Below, piece after piece: positions 39,272 to 53,890 of a DNA stretch of 64,000 nt. The DNA comes from Lama glama (Eukaryota): contig CM052817.1 of NCBI GenBank assembly GCA_028534125.1, forward strand, positions 30,878,001 through 30,942,000, in the 5' to 3' direction. The notes beneath the pieces are model-generated. The model did no database searches and was not told the DNA's origin. It saw only the letters and a program-made list of their open reading frames with translations. Numbering within the stretch: position 1 is the first letter of the stretch; each line of letters opens with the position of its first letter. The position numbers and the translations under genes are program-made.

Positions 39272-41329
39272 AAAAGTTATCCTGAAATATGGTATCAGGC
39301 AACAGGTGACCACCCAGACATATAATAATCATTGAGGCAATTCAATAAAATGCAATTAGTCCTCTGGACAGATGGATGAAGCATAGCAACTGGGACCCTA
39401 AAATCAGTCAATGCAGAGGACTGGGGGCAGATGGCGACCATCATCAATGTGATCCAACCACAGGTCACGAAACTCTAGTTCCTAAAGATGTTTACCTAAA
39501 GCAAAGCAAAAACTCATGCCTGTAAGAACTGGTGTAGTGAGAAGTCTGTGAAGACAGAAACTTGAAAGGGGAAAAAAACAAGGAACTGCCTTCTATTTGC
39601 CAGAAAAATGCTAGGCATTAATAGAATACCTCTCTAACAGAAGTCTTTCCAACAACATTTGAGAGAGAATGTATCTGAGGCTCAGAGAAGTAAAATAACT
39701 TACCTGGGGCCACAAGACAAGGATAGCGGTGAAGTGGGGACTCAAACTCAAGTAATTGACTCCCTGTAATAGAATCCTGCCATCAGCTGTGAGCAAGGAA
39801 GCAGAACATTGGTGATTAGAAGTACAGCACCCATCAGAACCACTCACAGCTAGGTCGAGGATGCTGAATTAACTAAAGACTGGTCTATATTTCCTAGAAT
39901 TATCCCTGATCAAGGTTAGAGTAGATCCTAGAAGCTGAAGCATAATTTAGCTTTTAGGTCAAGGGTCAAATGATTGTGGAGAAAGGGTAGTCTATGGATG
40001 CAGGAAACCAAGTGGTCCTGATTCCCTTGACGTTACACTGAAATAAATTTAGAAGCCTCAAATGGCAACATTTCTTCGCTCTAAAGCTGTACTTAAAGTG
40101 TATCCCTTCTCAATAAGAGGTAAACCAATGTAAAGAGATCCTAAATCTTAAGAGTAGTAACTTCAAACAATGAAGTAACATATGGCAATAATATGGAGTC
40201 CAAATGAACTTTGCTTGTTCGTGCCTAAGTACATAATCAATATGTTACTAAGTGTTAATAAATACTGAATCTGTTATTCTGTCTGTTTTTTAACTCTTCA
40301 CAAGGAAACATGTGTTGCATTATTTGCTAAAACAGCTCTCCCTGATTTGACATTTTATTAAGACTATAACTCAGCTTTAAAGTGATTACAAATGAGAGGG
40401 TCTAGTGTCAGTTGGGGAATAAGAATGTTAAGGTAAACATTCCGCCAGTATAAGATTGAACCAATCATAGTTTTGTGACAAACAGAGTAGAAATTTTACC
40501 CACCTTACAGACTGTACTCATTTGTATTCTCTTTCATTACAACCCCAAGGATGGAGAAATGTTTTCCTTGGGTAGGTCCTTTGAGGCAAATTGAAGATGT
40601 TTTGCTTTCTTTAATGTCATCTAATCAAGTAAAATTAGAAAGGCCATAAAGACTTGTTAAACTGAAAGTTTACTTGAACTTGGAGCAGATTAATAGCTTC
40701 ATAGCCCTGGGATGCTATAAAATAAGTTAATGGCACATAGAAAAATCAATCAAGGAGTTTAGTACTAAGAAGATTAGGAATTAAAATCAATAAAGCTATC
40801 ATGTGAAGGTTTGATAGCCAGCCACAAGCCTCATGGAAATATAGAAAGGGTTTGGGACAACAGTCATGGAGGTGTCAAACGTCTTTCCCTGTTTATTTTC
40901 TGCAGTGGCTATTGAGGGAAATCTCACCCTATCTCACCTTCTCAATGTCAGTAGTCAGGGCCACCTCTCACTACAGCCAACCCCCAAAGCAGAAGCCACT
41001 TCAGGTCTGAAATCTCTCAGCAGTCTCACCCGTCTTCTTCTCAACACCCTTATATCGTCACCATGCTAAGTTAGCCCTCTGTATTTCAGCGGAAGAGGTG
41101 CTCCTGTGCCTTTTATAGCTGACCCTGCCCTCAGTGCTCAGGATTTCCATCTCTTTCTGCCCCCTCTGGGAACTGATTTTCTCAGGTTCACACACACCTC
41201 CACCCCTGATCTTTCAGATCCTCATTCTCACTCTGTCTGCTACTTCTTTCTTCACAGCCTGAAGAAAAAAAAAAAACCTGTAATTGCTTCTCGTCACAAA
41301 ACACCTCTCCTCTACCCTCACACCTCCCC

Positions 41330-42060
41330 TTAAGCTTTTCCTAATCTATTTCCTTTTGCAAAATTACTTGAAAGAATGGTCTATATCCTTGTCTATTGCC
41401 TGAACAGCCTCTCAACCCACTGTAATCTGGAACCTGCTGACCCATCTCCCGTGTCCACTGACAGTGTTCCCAGAAAGGTGAAAAATGACCTCTCTTTACA
41501 TCTTTTTTGCAATGATCTCCAAATCTGTATCTTCAGCTCAAATCTCTTCTAAGCCCCAGAAGGACATACATAGCACTCTTCTGGGCATAACTACTTTCAT
41601 ATTTCAAAGGCATCTTAAACTTAATTGGCTCAAAATTTTTTTATCAATTTTCCCCTCACAAATGAGTTTCCTTCCCAGCCTCCTTAATCTCATTATCCAA
41701 CAAGAATCCTAGGATTAACTATTGACATCTCTCTCTCTCCGTTACACTCCTCCTATCCAATCTATTGTCAAGTACCATCTATTCTACTCGCAAGATATTT
41801 ATCAAACCCTTTCATTTCTCTCCAGCCCTACTGCCACCAATCTTCTCCAAACGGCCATGACTTCTTGCCTGAATCATTGCAGCGGTCTTCCTGCTGGTCT
41901 TCTTGCTTTCACCCCTAACTCCCTCCAACTCATTCACCACGCGGTAGCCAGAGTGAACTTTGCGTGATGTAAACTGGATTATGTTATTCTGTGCTTTGAA
42001 ATAGTCAAAGATTTCCCATTGTACCAAGAAAACTCTCCACACTTCCTCGTTTGACTTTCA
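41330..42060 (+). mobile_element. L2 LINE relic
   Basis: aggcatcttaaacttaa; tcttgcctgaatcattgcagcggtcttcctgctggtct; gtagccagagtgaactt. Confidence 0.75.
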
Positions 42061-43001
42061 AGTTTCTGGGTGATTGGCTTGCCCTCAAAATTAAAAGTCT
42101 GGTTTTAATTTTTTCAGGTAAGGTTTAAGGCAGGGAATTTTTTTTACTTGCAATAAAATATTCTTTAATTTATATAATTTTATATTCATGCTTTAAGACT
42201 ATCTCAGAAATTTAAGATTGTAAACGTGTCAACCAAGAGCCAAATAGAGGAAACTTAACATTCTAATCATCTTAGGAATTTTCATAAGCTGGTAACTGTG
42301 AGGAACCACTGTGAATTTCTTGCTTCACTTGGGTCATGAACTGTCTGCATCACTCCCACCTAAACCACAATCAATTTATTAAACAAGGGTAGCATTTAGT
42401 GATACCTGGTTATTTTTACACTTATTTCTTATTTTAAAGAAATGGTTTAGAAACTTTCAACTTGGGCATTGTCTTAATATATTCAATTTAATGAACCATA
42501 TATTCAGTCCATCTCTCAGTCTCAGAATATTGTCATTGTGTTGATTTAAATGCCTTGGTAGTAACAACATGTGCACAGAAGACCAGGCCATAGTCAAGTT
42601 TGATTATTTCCAAAATAATTTTTTCCTTGCCCACAAAAATAGCAAGTAACAAGAAAAATGTGATAAAATAGCTTAAATTAACTATGGAAAATTCCCTGAG
42701 AAAATGTGAGGTTGACAGAGTTGGGATGCTAAGTGTTACTTACATAATGTGTTACATTCACACCTGGCAATAAAATAAGTACAGCGTCCAGACCTTAGGC
42801 AGGAGCAGCTCCACAAAGGTCTGCCCTCGTAAAGTCACATGTGAAGAACTGTGTCCAATTCTCAATGCCATGTTAAGATAATTTCCTTCAGAGCAAGAGA
42901 CCAAGATATTTAGGAAGATGATGATAGGGAGGCATACTAGCCTTTTCTGGATGTTTTAAATGCTACCATGGAGAAGAGAAATCTTATTTTTGGTGTTGCC
43001 C

Positions 43002-43487
43002 CGTATATTAATTAGGATTCTCCAGAGAAAAAGAACCAGTGGGATATATATACATAGAGAGTGAGAATAAGATTTATTATAAGGAATTGGCTCATACAGT
43101 GATGGAAGCTGATAAGTCCTGAAATCTGCAGGGTGAGTCAGCAAACTAGAGTGCTGCTGGTACAGTTCCAGCCTGAAGGCCAGCAGGCTTGGGACCCAGG
43201 GAGAGCCAGTGTTCCAATGTGAGTCTGAAAACAGGAAGAAGCTGATTGTCCCAGTGCAAAGATAGTCAAGCAGGAAGAAGTCTTGCTCTGCAAAGGGTCA
43301 GTCTTTTTGTTTTAACTGAGGCCTTCAACTGATTGGATGAGGCCCATCCACACTAGGGAGGACAGTCAAACCAATTCAAATGTTAATCTCATCCAAACCA
43401 CCCTCACAGGAACACACAGAATAATGTTGGACCAAATATCTGGGCACCCTGTGGCCCAGTCAAGTTGGCACATAAAATTGACCATCA
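43002..43487 (-). mobile_element. ERVL LTR (MLT2-family)
   Basis: gatttattataaggaattggctca; gccttcaactgattggatgaggccca; gcccagtcaagttggcacataaaattgaccatca; 5-bp TSD tgccc (42997-43001, 43488-43492). Confidence 0.92.
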
Positions 43488-46400
43488 TGCCCAGAATGCT
43501 AGCTTTGAACCCATTCAATTCAAATAACATTTTTTAAATGGTGACCACAAGCCACTCCATGTGCCAAGTGCTAGTGATGTAGTTGCAACCGTGCAGACAG
43601 GTGGCAGAAGTTGCAGGAAGGCAGATGCAGAATTGAAGAGAAATACTATCCAATGAGCAGACGTGCCCATTCATAGAAAAAAAAAAATACCCCCTTAAGA
43701 AAGACTTCACATCCCACAGAGACACTTCAATTAATTGGAAATGGCCACCTACCAATTGTAATGTAAAAGATATTCCTCACTAACAGGGCTGTTAATTATA
43801 TTACCTTAAATATCTCTTTCAGCCCTAAAATCTAGAACTCTGGGAGTTTATTCAGTTTAGTTACATCATCAGTAAATTACTTGATATGCTTGCCTAAAGC
43901 ATTGGTTATAAAGGGATCCTGATTTATGAAGGATATTAGAACATTAAAAGTGTTATGAATACATGAACATATAAACACAAAGAAAAATATGAACTATAGG
44001 ACAATTACAAGCAAAGCCTTTGAATCATTCTTACTTTATTGCTGCCGGCCAAATCATTCATTCTGATCTGAAATCATTTAAAAATAGCACCTACCACATT
44101 CTGCACACTTTCTATTCACGGATGCTAAACACTGAAAATAACAGAAGTAAATTGAACTTCATGAATGATGCATGGCTTCCCTTGCTTTATGTCCCCATTG
44201 TCAAGGAAATTAGCAGCATTGGCTATCTCCTTAGATAAATTTGATTTTGCCATATTCAGTAGACTACTTAATGAAAATGAGTATTTCACATTTATGTTCA
44301 TAGAAATGTTAATGAATTTTAGTGCCTGTAGCTTTTTTGATGAGCAGAGGGGTGGGTGTAGGGAAGAAGGGAATCTTCTCTGAATTAATTTATTCCTTTT
44401 TCCAGGCTGCTTTCTTGAAACTGTGGAAAAATAGTCTTTCCAAAAAGTCTCTGATCTTTTAAAGTTATAAAAATAAAAGCCAGTGGGGGATTGGAGTTCC
44501 TTCTATGAAAATTCATTTCACAATCAACTTGTCTATAAAGTTAGCCTTATAGCTGTTTGCTGCTCCCCTATAGATAGTATGTTTTCCGTGCATGGATAAG
44601 TGACTGTGTAGATTGCTGAGGAGACCTCTGATTTACAGAATTAGATTTCTGAAGTTTCTTCTCTTCTGGATTCTCTGATGGATGGCCATTTTCCCTCTAG
44701 CTTTCCAAGAGAAAGTCAAAATAAAGTTTATCACTTTGCCTAAAGGTTTTAGGTATTAACCAAATACTTTAAGACACAATTTGTAATGGAATTTTGGTCT
44801 TCTAAAACTGAACACCCTTCTAAACTGAGTGCTTTGGTTCACTTAGGATCCAAACTTGACAATAATGATTGCTGATATTTATTGACTATACGTTATGGGC
44901 CAGGCACTTAAGAGAAACCTCCCATTGACTCTTCACTAAAACCCTCTTGTTCTACTCCATTTTACAGAAGAGGAAATCAAAGCACCAAGGTAGTTACTTG
45001 CTCAAGTCACAAAACTGTAGTGGTCCACAAGAGATTTGAACTCAAGCAATCTGACTGAAGCATCCAAGATTTATTCTCCTTCTATACCGTCCTCAGAAAA
45101 CTCCTCTTCAGCTTCCCCGCCGTGTGTGAGTTGGGTGGTTTTGAGATATGCTCTATCTGAATGCAAAGCAGACACCTGAGAACAAAGCAGATTTTAATAG
45201 GTCCTTCTCCTCTCTTCTGACTCAGTCTCAATTCAGTACCTACATGAGCATTTATTTTCTGACATTCTTGCCAATGAAACTGGATGTTGATACAATTTAA
45301 GAATAACTATTATTTCACCAAGTCACTTCTATAATTGCAACAGATCCCACAATGTTCAGAAACCCTCTCTCTTCTAAGGGGACACTTATCCTCTTCCCCA
45401 TATCATTTTAGTATCGTGTTAAGCTTGACTGACTGTAATGGTGCTGTAGTTTCAAAGTACATGCCTTAGTCACAATCATGATGCATGAACATCTATAACC
45501 TTGGAAATGGACATATTCTCCTGAGAGATCTTGACTTGGATGGTTCTGTGAACCACATCCATATAGAATCATGTGTTAATATAGAAAATGTAGTTTCCAT
45601 TTGTGTCAATTTCCATGTTTAAATTGCTTCATTCTTCTCTTTAAGATGAAAGATTTTAAAAGGGAGGTCTTTTTAACATTGATACCATGACCCCAACTCA
45701 GACGAATAAAATCAGAATTTGTAGAAGATGGACCCATGTTACACAAGGACTTCTTATGCTCCCCTCAATGATTTCCATATGAGGTCGTGTATAACAATCA
45801 CTGCTTTAAGGCTGTCGTACTTTAAATTTTTGCTTTTCTCTTTTTCTTTTACCATCGCCTCTAACAGACCCAGTTCTCTAAATGGGAAACAGAATGGAAA
45901 CACAGAAATGAGAGAAGAAAGTACAGCAAAGAACAGAAAATAGCATCTTTTCAAAGGAAAAAAAAATCACTGAAATGATCAAAGGAAAAAATTTAAACTA
46001 TTCTTTCCTTTAGCCCCTCTGGCAGAAGGCTCCATTTTTTTTTTAAGTGCATGCCTTGAAAGAAATAGACCAATAGACCCTGCCTTTCATTGGAATTAAG
46101 TGCTTCAATCAGATATTGAAATCCATGTAATAATAAGTCAAGTTGTTACAAAATGCTACTCTATTTTAAAGCCTCAATATATGTAGCACATATTGATATG
46201 AACGCAATCAATGAAACATTAATTTGTATTATGGTGCTGTGGTACATGGAGTTTCCTACTTGGGAAAGAGAGGCAGGGGTACCAGCTGTTTTAGTAACAT
46301 TATCTATCATGTTTAAAAAAAAAAAGCTAGTTAACAATTTACTCTTGAATGAATGCACAGCAACAGGCTTTACAGGAATAGTTTCATCAGACTGAAACTG

Positions 46401-46719
46401 AGCAAGGTCTATTTCTTTCAACCATAAAAAATGAAATAAGAAGAATTTCTGTGTTCATTACCCTTTCCCATTCCCTGTCCTGTATGCACTGACTGTACTC
46501 ATTTGATGGTGTGAAAGAGCAGAGCTCCCACTAGATGACTGCATTGATCCCAAATACGTTGTATTCTCAGTACTGACATCATGTAGACCTACAGCTCAGA
46601 CAAGACATTTCAATGAGTAGAGCCAAAGGTGCCTGCTCTCACCTTAAAAACTGTCCGCATGGGAACCCATCCCTTGTCTGATAGGCTCCCTGAGGTGCTT
46701 GTCAGACATTCACGCACTT

Positions 46720-46845
46720 AGAAGGATCTTGCTAAAATGCATTCTGGTTTAATGAGCTTGGACTGGGGCCTGAGAGTCTGCATTTCTAACATGTCACCAG
46801 GTGATGCTGGCGCTATTGGCCTATAGAACCACACTTTGAGTAGTG
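46720..46845. mobile_element. MER5A/B hAT fragment
   Basis: ggggcctgagagtctgcatttctaacatgtcaccaggtgatgctg...accacactttgagtag. Confidence 0.8.
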
Positions 46846-48869
46846 GGAAGCTGGAATACATTAATAAAAGAAACAAACAAACAAACAAAAGCCTGTCTCA
46901 CCTGTGCTCCTACTCAATCTGCTTTCCCAGCCTGCTTGCTTCCTACTGAGATTTAAATAAAGAGCCTTTGTCACACTGGTTGCTCAGCACTTGATTCAAG
47001 AGAGTTTTGGGTTTTCAACTAAGTGAGGCAGACAAGTCATTTTCAGATGACCTGAGGAATTCCCAAACACTGAACTCTGAAACTTAGATGCTGTTTGGCG
47101 CCCTGGGTGGGTAAAATTCTTGACTTACTATTTAATACATGAATGATTCCCAGATGTAGTATGTCATCAGTACTCTTAAGCCCACATTAAAAATAATATT
47201 TGGTTGAATATTTTGTACTTAGAAAGGATTTAATTTTAACAAAGGGAAACGTAATGACAAGTACTCTATTTGATTTTACTTGACTTCATGTCCACAAATA
47301 AGAGGTTTTAGTGGACCTTCACTATCTAGTACACCTTCACTATCTAGAGACCTGGGGTTTAACAAGTCACTCTGAAGAACTCAATTTTGCCAGACTTTAT
47401 TTTAGCTACTTTGATGTGAATCTTTCTCAGTAGAGAATCCTAAAAATCATTTGTTCTCTTCTGATGATTCAGGGTCATAGCCGTGATCATTCTTCACAAT
47501 GTGCTGGAGCTCTGGCTTCATCTGAGGCAAAGGGAGGTGTAAGAACTTGCACTATGATCCTTACCACGACCTTTTAAGAGCTACTCTTGGGAGTGTCTTC
47601 CTTGGTGGGGTAATGAAAGCCTCTTTCTACAAAATTAATGCGTCAGCAAAAGAAATATCCATCTCTAGTCAATTAGGCATATTTTTGCAACTCAAAAAAG
47701 GTGTTTTCCTGTCATGGTTCTCATTTTAAGTAGCGTAGTCTCTTCATTAGGGATCAGTAATAACCCTTCCCGAATCATTTGTTTCAATGTCTCAACCATT
47801 GTCCGGGTCCTCAGTTTCTGCTGCTTCGTCACCTTCCTCCATCCTGACTGCTGTGCTGATGGGTTCTCAAGTCAGCTGCTTCCACACAGTATCCAGTTAC
47901 TGAGTTGTACAGGCTTTTTACATGTAATCCCCTATCCTCACTGTGGCTGCCATTATTCTGTCTCTTCCTCTTTGAATTTGTACGTGCTTTATATGCCAAA
48001 ACAGTACCTTGCTCTTTAGAGGAAAGATATTTTACATAATTTTCTTATGACCGTAGATTGAAAGTATTAGGAAGTGTCTCCCTCAAGAAATGCAAAATGA
48101 TACGTTCCCTATTGTCCTCCTGATGAGTTACTTCAAGCCTTGAATCTAGTAGCATAACCAAAGGACCAAGCCTGAGTTTGCTAAGTTCTCACAGTTTCCT
48201 AACCAGGGTGTAGAGTAATAATAAAACTACATTTTCTCCCTAGATTGCATGAAGTTTAAGAAGGGGCAGTAGTCTTCTGCCACTGTGATACCAGGTCATA
48301 GTTACTCTTTTTAAAGTTTTACTTTGAAGAGAATTTAATGCATTAGCAATATTGAAAATTCTATCTTTTGTTCCATTTTGGGCTGAATAATAGTAGCAAT
48401 TGAATGATAACAGTAACTGAACACTCTTACCACTAATGCTAATAATAATACAGCTAGAAGTGCTAGGATAGAAGCAGCAGAAGCTAAGCCACAGTGTGCT
48501 GAGAGAGGATGTCTCAGATACTGTGTGCATCTGCCAAAATTCAGACTATAGACACAGCAACCGCCTGCGGCAAGCCAAACTCACTCAGGTCAAGGTGAGT
48601 AGTCTGTTGAGTGGACCTGGGGACATGACTGCAGCAGAAGGTCTAAACATGACATGGATGACACAGGACACCAGCTCTGAGTCTTATACATCAGTCCAAC
48701 AGAATTCACATAGGAAGTATCCTTTAGTGGAAAGTTCTTTCTTAGACAGCAAAGAGCTACTCTTATAAGTAAATTGGTCTTCTCTGAATGAAACCTCTGG
48801 GAAAATAGAAGGATGGACTTGCCATCAACTGAATTGAGGAAAGCTTCAGGTAGAGCCCAGAAAAGTGTT

Positions 48870-50950
48870 TAGACATTTTAAATTTGTATTGTCTGTTAGA
48901 CATCTAAGTGGAGATATCAAGTTTACAGTTGAAAGTCTAAATCTCAAGTTCAGGGTAGAGGTCCTACCTGGATATGTAATTTTACAATTCATGAGCTTCT
49001 GGATGTATTTAAACCCATGAATCTAGATGACTTCACCAAGGTAATTAGCATAACTGGAGAAGAGGTCCAAGCACTTTGTCTTGGCCAAACCAATACTTAG
49101 AGATAAGGGAGATGATAGAAAACACAGCTATGACAATTACTGTATGCCAACACACTGCATATAACAATGCATTTAGTCTCAACAAGGACTCTACCTTTAG
49201 GTACCATTATTGTTTTCATTTTACCAATGGGGAAACTGAGTCACAGTGACATCACCTAATTTGTCCATATTTACACCAAGTAAGTGACAGAGTCAAATCA
49301 CCAAAGAAGACTGAAGGGGTGATCAATGAGTTAGGAGGAAGCCAAAGAGAGAAGAGTAGGCTGGAACCATGGTAAAAAGTATTCTAGAAAAAGAGGTGTT
49401 TGTCTGGTCAAATATACATGATAGAACAAGTTAACTAAGAACTGAGAACGGATGATTGGATTTAGCAACACAGAGTGCTGGGAGTGAAAATCTAAATGTG
49501 GTAGATGTCAAGGAGGATAGGAAAAGAGAAAGTGGTTACAACAAGTGTAACAAACTCCTTTACTTTTACTGTTCAGGAGAAAAGAAAATTTGAGTGATGG
49601 CCAGAGAAGAACATACGATCGAGAGAAATCTTTTGTTTGTTTCTTTGTTTTAAGATGGAAGCAATAAAAGCACGTTTGTATGCTAGTGGGAGTAATCCGG
49701 TGGAGAGAGGGAAATTGGCAGTGTAAGAGGGGAAGAAATATTGTAAGAGAGTTGTCACTGAATAGGGTGGAGGAGATGAGACTCAGTATAAAAGCAAAGA
49801 GCTTGTTGTGACGTAAGAAAAAGCTCAGACAGTTCAGCTATAATAAGAAAAGGCACTAATCCTGGTAAATAAGTAGTTACGATGGTGATGTCTTGTGGAA
49901 ATTTTCTTCTAATTAACTCTATGTTCTTAATGAAGCACGAGTCAAGGTAATCAACTGGACATATTAGGGGATTGAAAAGAGAGGAGAAGATATAATTATC
50001 TACCAGAGTGGACAACAGAGTAGGCTGAGAATGTAGCATGCTCACTGGCAGCATTGAGGATATTAAGTGTGACCACCTAGTATGTTTCTGTTTTCCTTTT
50101 GCTGTGTTTAGTAGGATGGCTTCACGTTTAGGGAAAGTACAACAGTGAATTTATCCATGATTGGGATTTTTCCCTTGCAAGTGCTGGGAAGAGAGCTAGG
50201 GAAGAAGGAGGGTGTAAAAAAGCTTGTCTGTGACATTTAAACTAGGCCAGGAGACAGTAACAGTTATGAGGGACACGAGGGACAGCTTAACTGTGGTTAA
50301 ATTAATGGACCATAGGGTCTGATGGGGTTAAAAAATTTTGGAGTCAGGATATTAGAGAATGAGATGGGAAAATAGGAGGTTACAGTCAGACAGTAAGGTA
50401 TATGAAACTGACTTTGTGGAGGTGATGCAGTTATTGGTCATAACAAGGTCTAGAGATGGAAGTGAATGGCAAGATAAAATGGAAGAAATGCTTGTTACAA
50501 GGAAAGGGATCAAAGACTTTAAAGTCTGGTGTATAGAAAAATAATCTCCACGTACATTGGATTCATAAAAAAATTAAGACAGGAGCGTGTAGCTGAAAAG
50601 CAGCTAAACATACAGAATAAGTAGGAGAATTCATTTTTGATTGGTAGAATTGTAAAATAACATGAGATTCAAGGAGTTTTTTAGAAAGGAGGATGAGAGA
50701 ACAGTCTAGAAGGGGACAATGAGGAATAGTCACTTAACACAGTTTGCATATCCAATACTGGAGGGGAGGAGGGAAAGCACCCAGTACTTTGAGAGGGCTG
50801 TTGAGTGAGCTGCGTTTGTAAGGGAGAGCAACGTTTTGGTGAAGTCAAGTGGTGAAGACCAGGACCCCAAGGATAGAGGGGATTTTGCTTATGTTGGACC
50901 GTGTGGACCAGCACAGAGGGAGGGTTTGCGGATCATGGAGGGCAAAGGGA
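48870..50950 (-). mobile_element. L2 LINE relic with an internal MIR
   Basis: ttagacatctaagtggagatatcaag...ttcagggtagaggtc...tatttaaacccatgaatctagatga; the right boundary is approximate. Confidence 0.65.
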
Positions 50951-53026
50951 TGGAGACAGGAATGTCCTTATGAGATCTCATTAGGACAGCATATAAAGTG
51001 CCTGATACCGGGCTTAGCTCTTTTCAACTACTCAACAGATGCGATCACAAGTCTCTTCGAAGTACAGGGCAATCAGCTATTCGCTCTTCCGGAATTCTTA
51101 CCTGCTCAGTTGTAAATGCTCCTTTTCTTCAGTTTTGTCACATTTGTCATCACTCTGATTGTTGCCGGAGTGTCGTCATCACTCTCCCCACTCCGTTTCT
51201 AACCATTTTCCCCCCATCTCTCGGCTTTCCCCTTAAAAGCTGATTCTGTACATCGCTAACCAGTCAAAGCCTCCTCTCTGCTCTTGAGCTGACTGATGAC
51301 AGAGGGCCAGGAGCCACTGTTCATCTCCCTTGTGTTGGCTCTATTTGTCTATTTCTAAGTTCCCAGAGGTTTCTGATTCTTTCATCACATACAAGTGTTT
51401 ATTGTGCCCATCCCATTCCCGACACTGTCAGTGCCTCTAGGATGGCAAGATGACTCTATCAGAGTCCCCCAAAGGCCACATTCCTAAAGTCGCATTGGTA
51501 CAGACGCATGAATGCCCTTCTCAAGTGGTTTAGATTATTAGAAACTAGTTCATTCACCAGCAACATTCTATTGCCATTTTAACTTAATAGTAATGTCCAA
51601 TGTGCTTTTTTTGTCAGGTCCACAGGCCAGTGACTGAATTCCTTTTAGGTTAACTTGGGATGACTTGAAAAGACTCTGTGGGCACATCTCTCTCCCTAAC
51701 ATTGGCAGCTTCAATACAGCTGGTTTCAGTGTATGCTTGTACACCTCACTGCTAGACAGACTACTTTTCAGCATCCTTTTGTGTACTCTATGAAACACCA
51801 TGCAGATGCTTGCTCCGTCTGCCTTATAGACAAGGAAGTAGCCCAACAAAGAATTTTGGCTCTCTCCCTAACTCTCAGGAATGAAATGTCCCTTGTTTGT
51901 TACATTCGAAAACTGTGGCCCCTATACAATTCTACACAGAGCTTTCATTTCGTCAAGAGAGGAAAGAGAGGGGCCCAACCATTGGTAAATTTTCCAAAAA
52001 TATTCCTTTTTTGGTTTAACAGTCTCTACCTAAGAGTTTGGGGAATCAAGCAAAATGTCACACACAGAAAAACTTGATTAATAATGCAGACATTTATTCA
52101 CCCACACAATTTCTATAGTCTTTATCATATGTCATGAACTGTTCCAGGCAAAACAGTCTCTACCCAGATGTACCTTACAAGCTATTATAGGAAGATAGAA
52201 AAAAATCTAAACAAAGTCACCAATATAAAATATAACACAGAAGTGTGATATGCTGTGACAGGTGTGTTGATAGATGAAAAATGAGGGGTGGAGAGGTGCT
52301 TTAGCAGATGCAGACACATAAGCACACTGCTTCGGATCAGGAAATTACGAAAAGCCAATAATGCTACACAAGGAAAGATAAGCCAGAGTGTGTCTACACG
52401 TCATGGGCACAGGTATTGAAAGATCTGTTCAGCACCACCAAGACACTCGGCAATTCTGAACTGCTGGCTCCCGTCTCCTCCTTTTGCTCCAGTCCAGAGC
52501 CCTGTCTTGACTCAGTGCAATAATTAAATAAATCACATGTGTGAAAGCCTAACCATGGTTATTCAGTAACTTCAGGATAGCATCACTGTCAGTGAGTCTG
52601 TAGAATTAGAAGTTATCTCAGTGGCTTGGGGAAGCTTATTTGATGTGTCCCTGCCTGGTTACCTCAAGATAAAATGTGAGTGCAGCAGTGACCTTCTGGG
52701 TGGAAAGCAGTTTACACCTCCATTCTGTGTGGTCTGAGCACTATCCTATAGTGATACGATGAGGCTTCCCGCTGTAGTCCTGTGGAATCTTAGTCCTGAA
52801 GTATGATGTCCTCTCTTGGCCACTGCTGTATGTCGACAGTCCACACTGCACTAAGTCTCCTGGAGGTGGGTGTGAACACAGTCACCACGGTATTTACACT
52901 CAGGAGTAATAGAAAAGCTTCAGTTCTCTGGAAGCCACTTTTATTGACCCTTTATCGATCTCCATTATTATTTGCATTTGACCAAATGTGAACAGGAGTC
53001 TAGAGAATAATAATATATATTATGTT

Positions 53027-53027
<1 letters not shown>

Positions 53028-53058
<31 letters not shown>
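53028..53058. repeat. (AC)n microsatellite
   Basis: Perfect run of about 15 units. Confidence 0.95.
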
Positions 53059-53063
<5 letters not shown>

Positions 53064-53506
53064 TTTTCATACATTTTCATTTGAGTCCCATAACAACCTA
53101 TAAGAAAAGTAAGATTGTTGGCATGGCTCCCATCATGCTGACACAGTCACCAAGCCCGAGAATTTAAATGAATTTGCCAAATACACAGAATTAAGAAGTG
53201 ACTGAGCCCAGACTAAATTACAGGCTATTTGAGTTTAAAATCAGGTATTTTCACTATAGGAAAATTTGCCCTGTTAAACCAAGTTCTTTCAAGAAAACAA
53301 AATAAGACACTTTGGAAAACCTGATTGACTTTCTTAGATCTCAAAGGTATTTCTGAGTGCTGAAAAGCAATAGTTTACTAAATGATTCGTAAATGGCTTT
53401 TCTAAAAAAATCTTATGGTTTTCCCCCAAAGTGCTAGCTATAACCCTACGCACAGTAAATGCATTTAGTTGAACCTTAACATTCCCAAATTTAACATTTG
53501 AGATTC

Positions 53507-53890
53507 TGTTTCTAGTCAAGGTTCTGCTAAGAATACAGAAGAGTCGCTCAAGATATTCAAGATATGGAAGGTTTTAATATAGGGAACTAAGGAGCATACA
53601 TGTAGATTGGAAAAGCTGGCAAGCAGAGGTGAAAGAAACCAACCTCAGCAATTCCAGCCTGTAGCACTCAAGCAGGGAAGGGGCTACAATACTCAGGGGT
53701 CTCTGGGAAGCTCCCACCATTACCCAGCAAGTCACTGTGAATCTCACATCTGCCCGTGCATCTGGCAGCAATTGCTCCCCCAAAATAATGGCCTCTCCTT
53801 CTCCATCTTCCAAATCTGGTACCAATGCCTCTGTTTGGCAAACTTTAACCTAGGGAAGGAGATTCTGGGAAAATTGTTTCCAGTTTTTCT
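53507..53890 (-). mobile_element. Old LTR fragment (MaLR/ERVL-like)
   Basis: ttctagtcaaggttct start and ttggcaaactttaacc...gggaaggagattctgggaaa motif. Confidence 0.4.

Noticed and set aside
52427..52447. TTCAGCACC RE1 half-site (another near 18080)
   Set aside because: The GGACAG second half-site is missing
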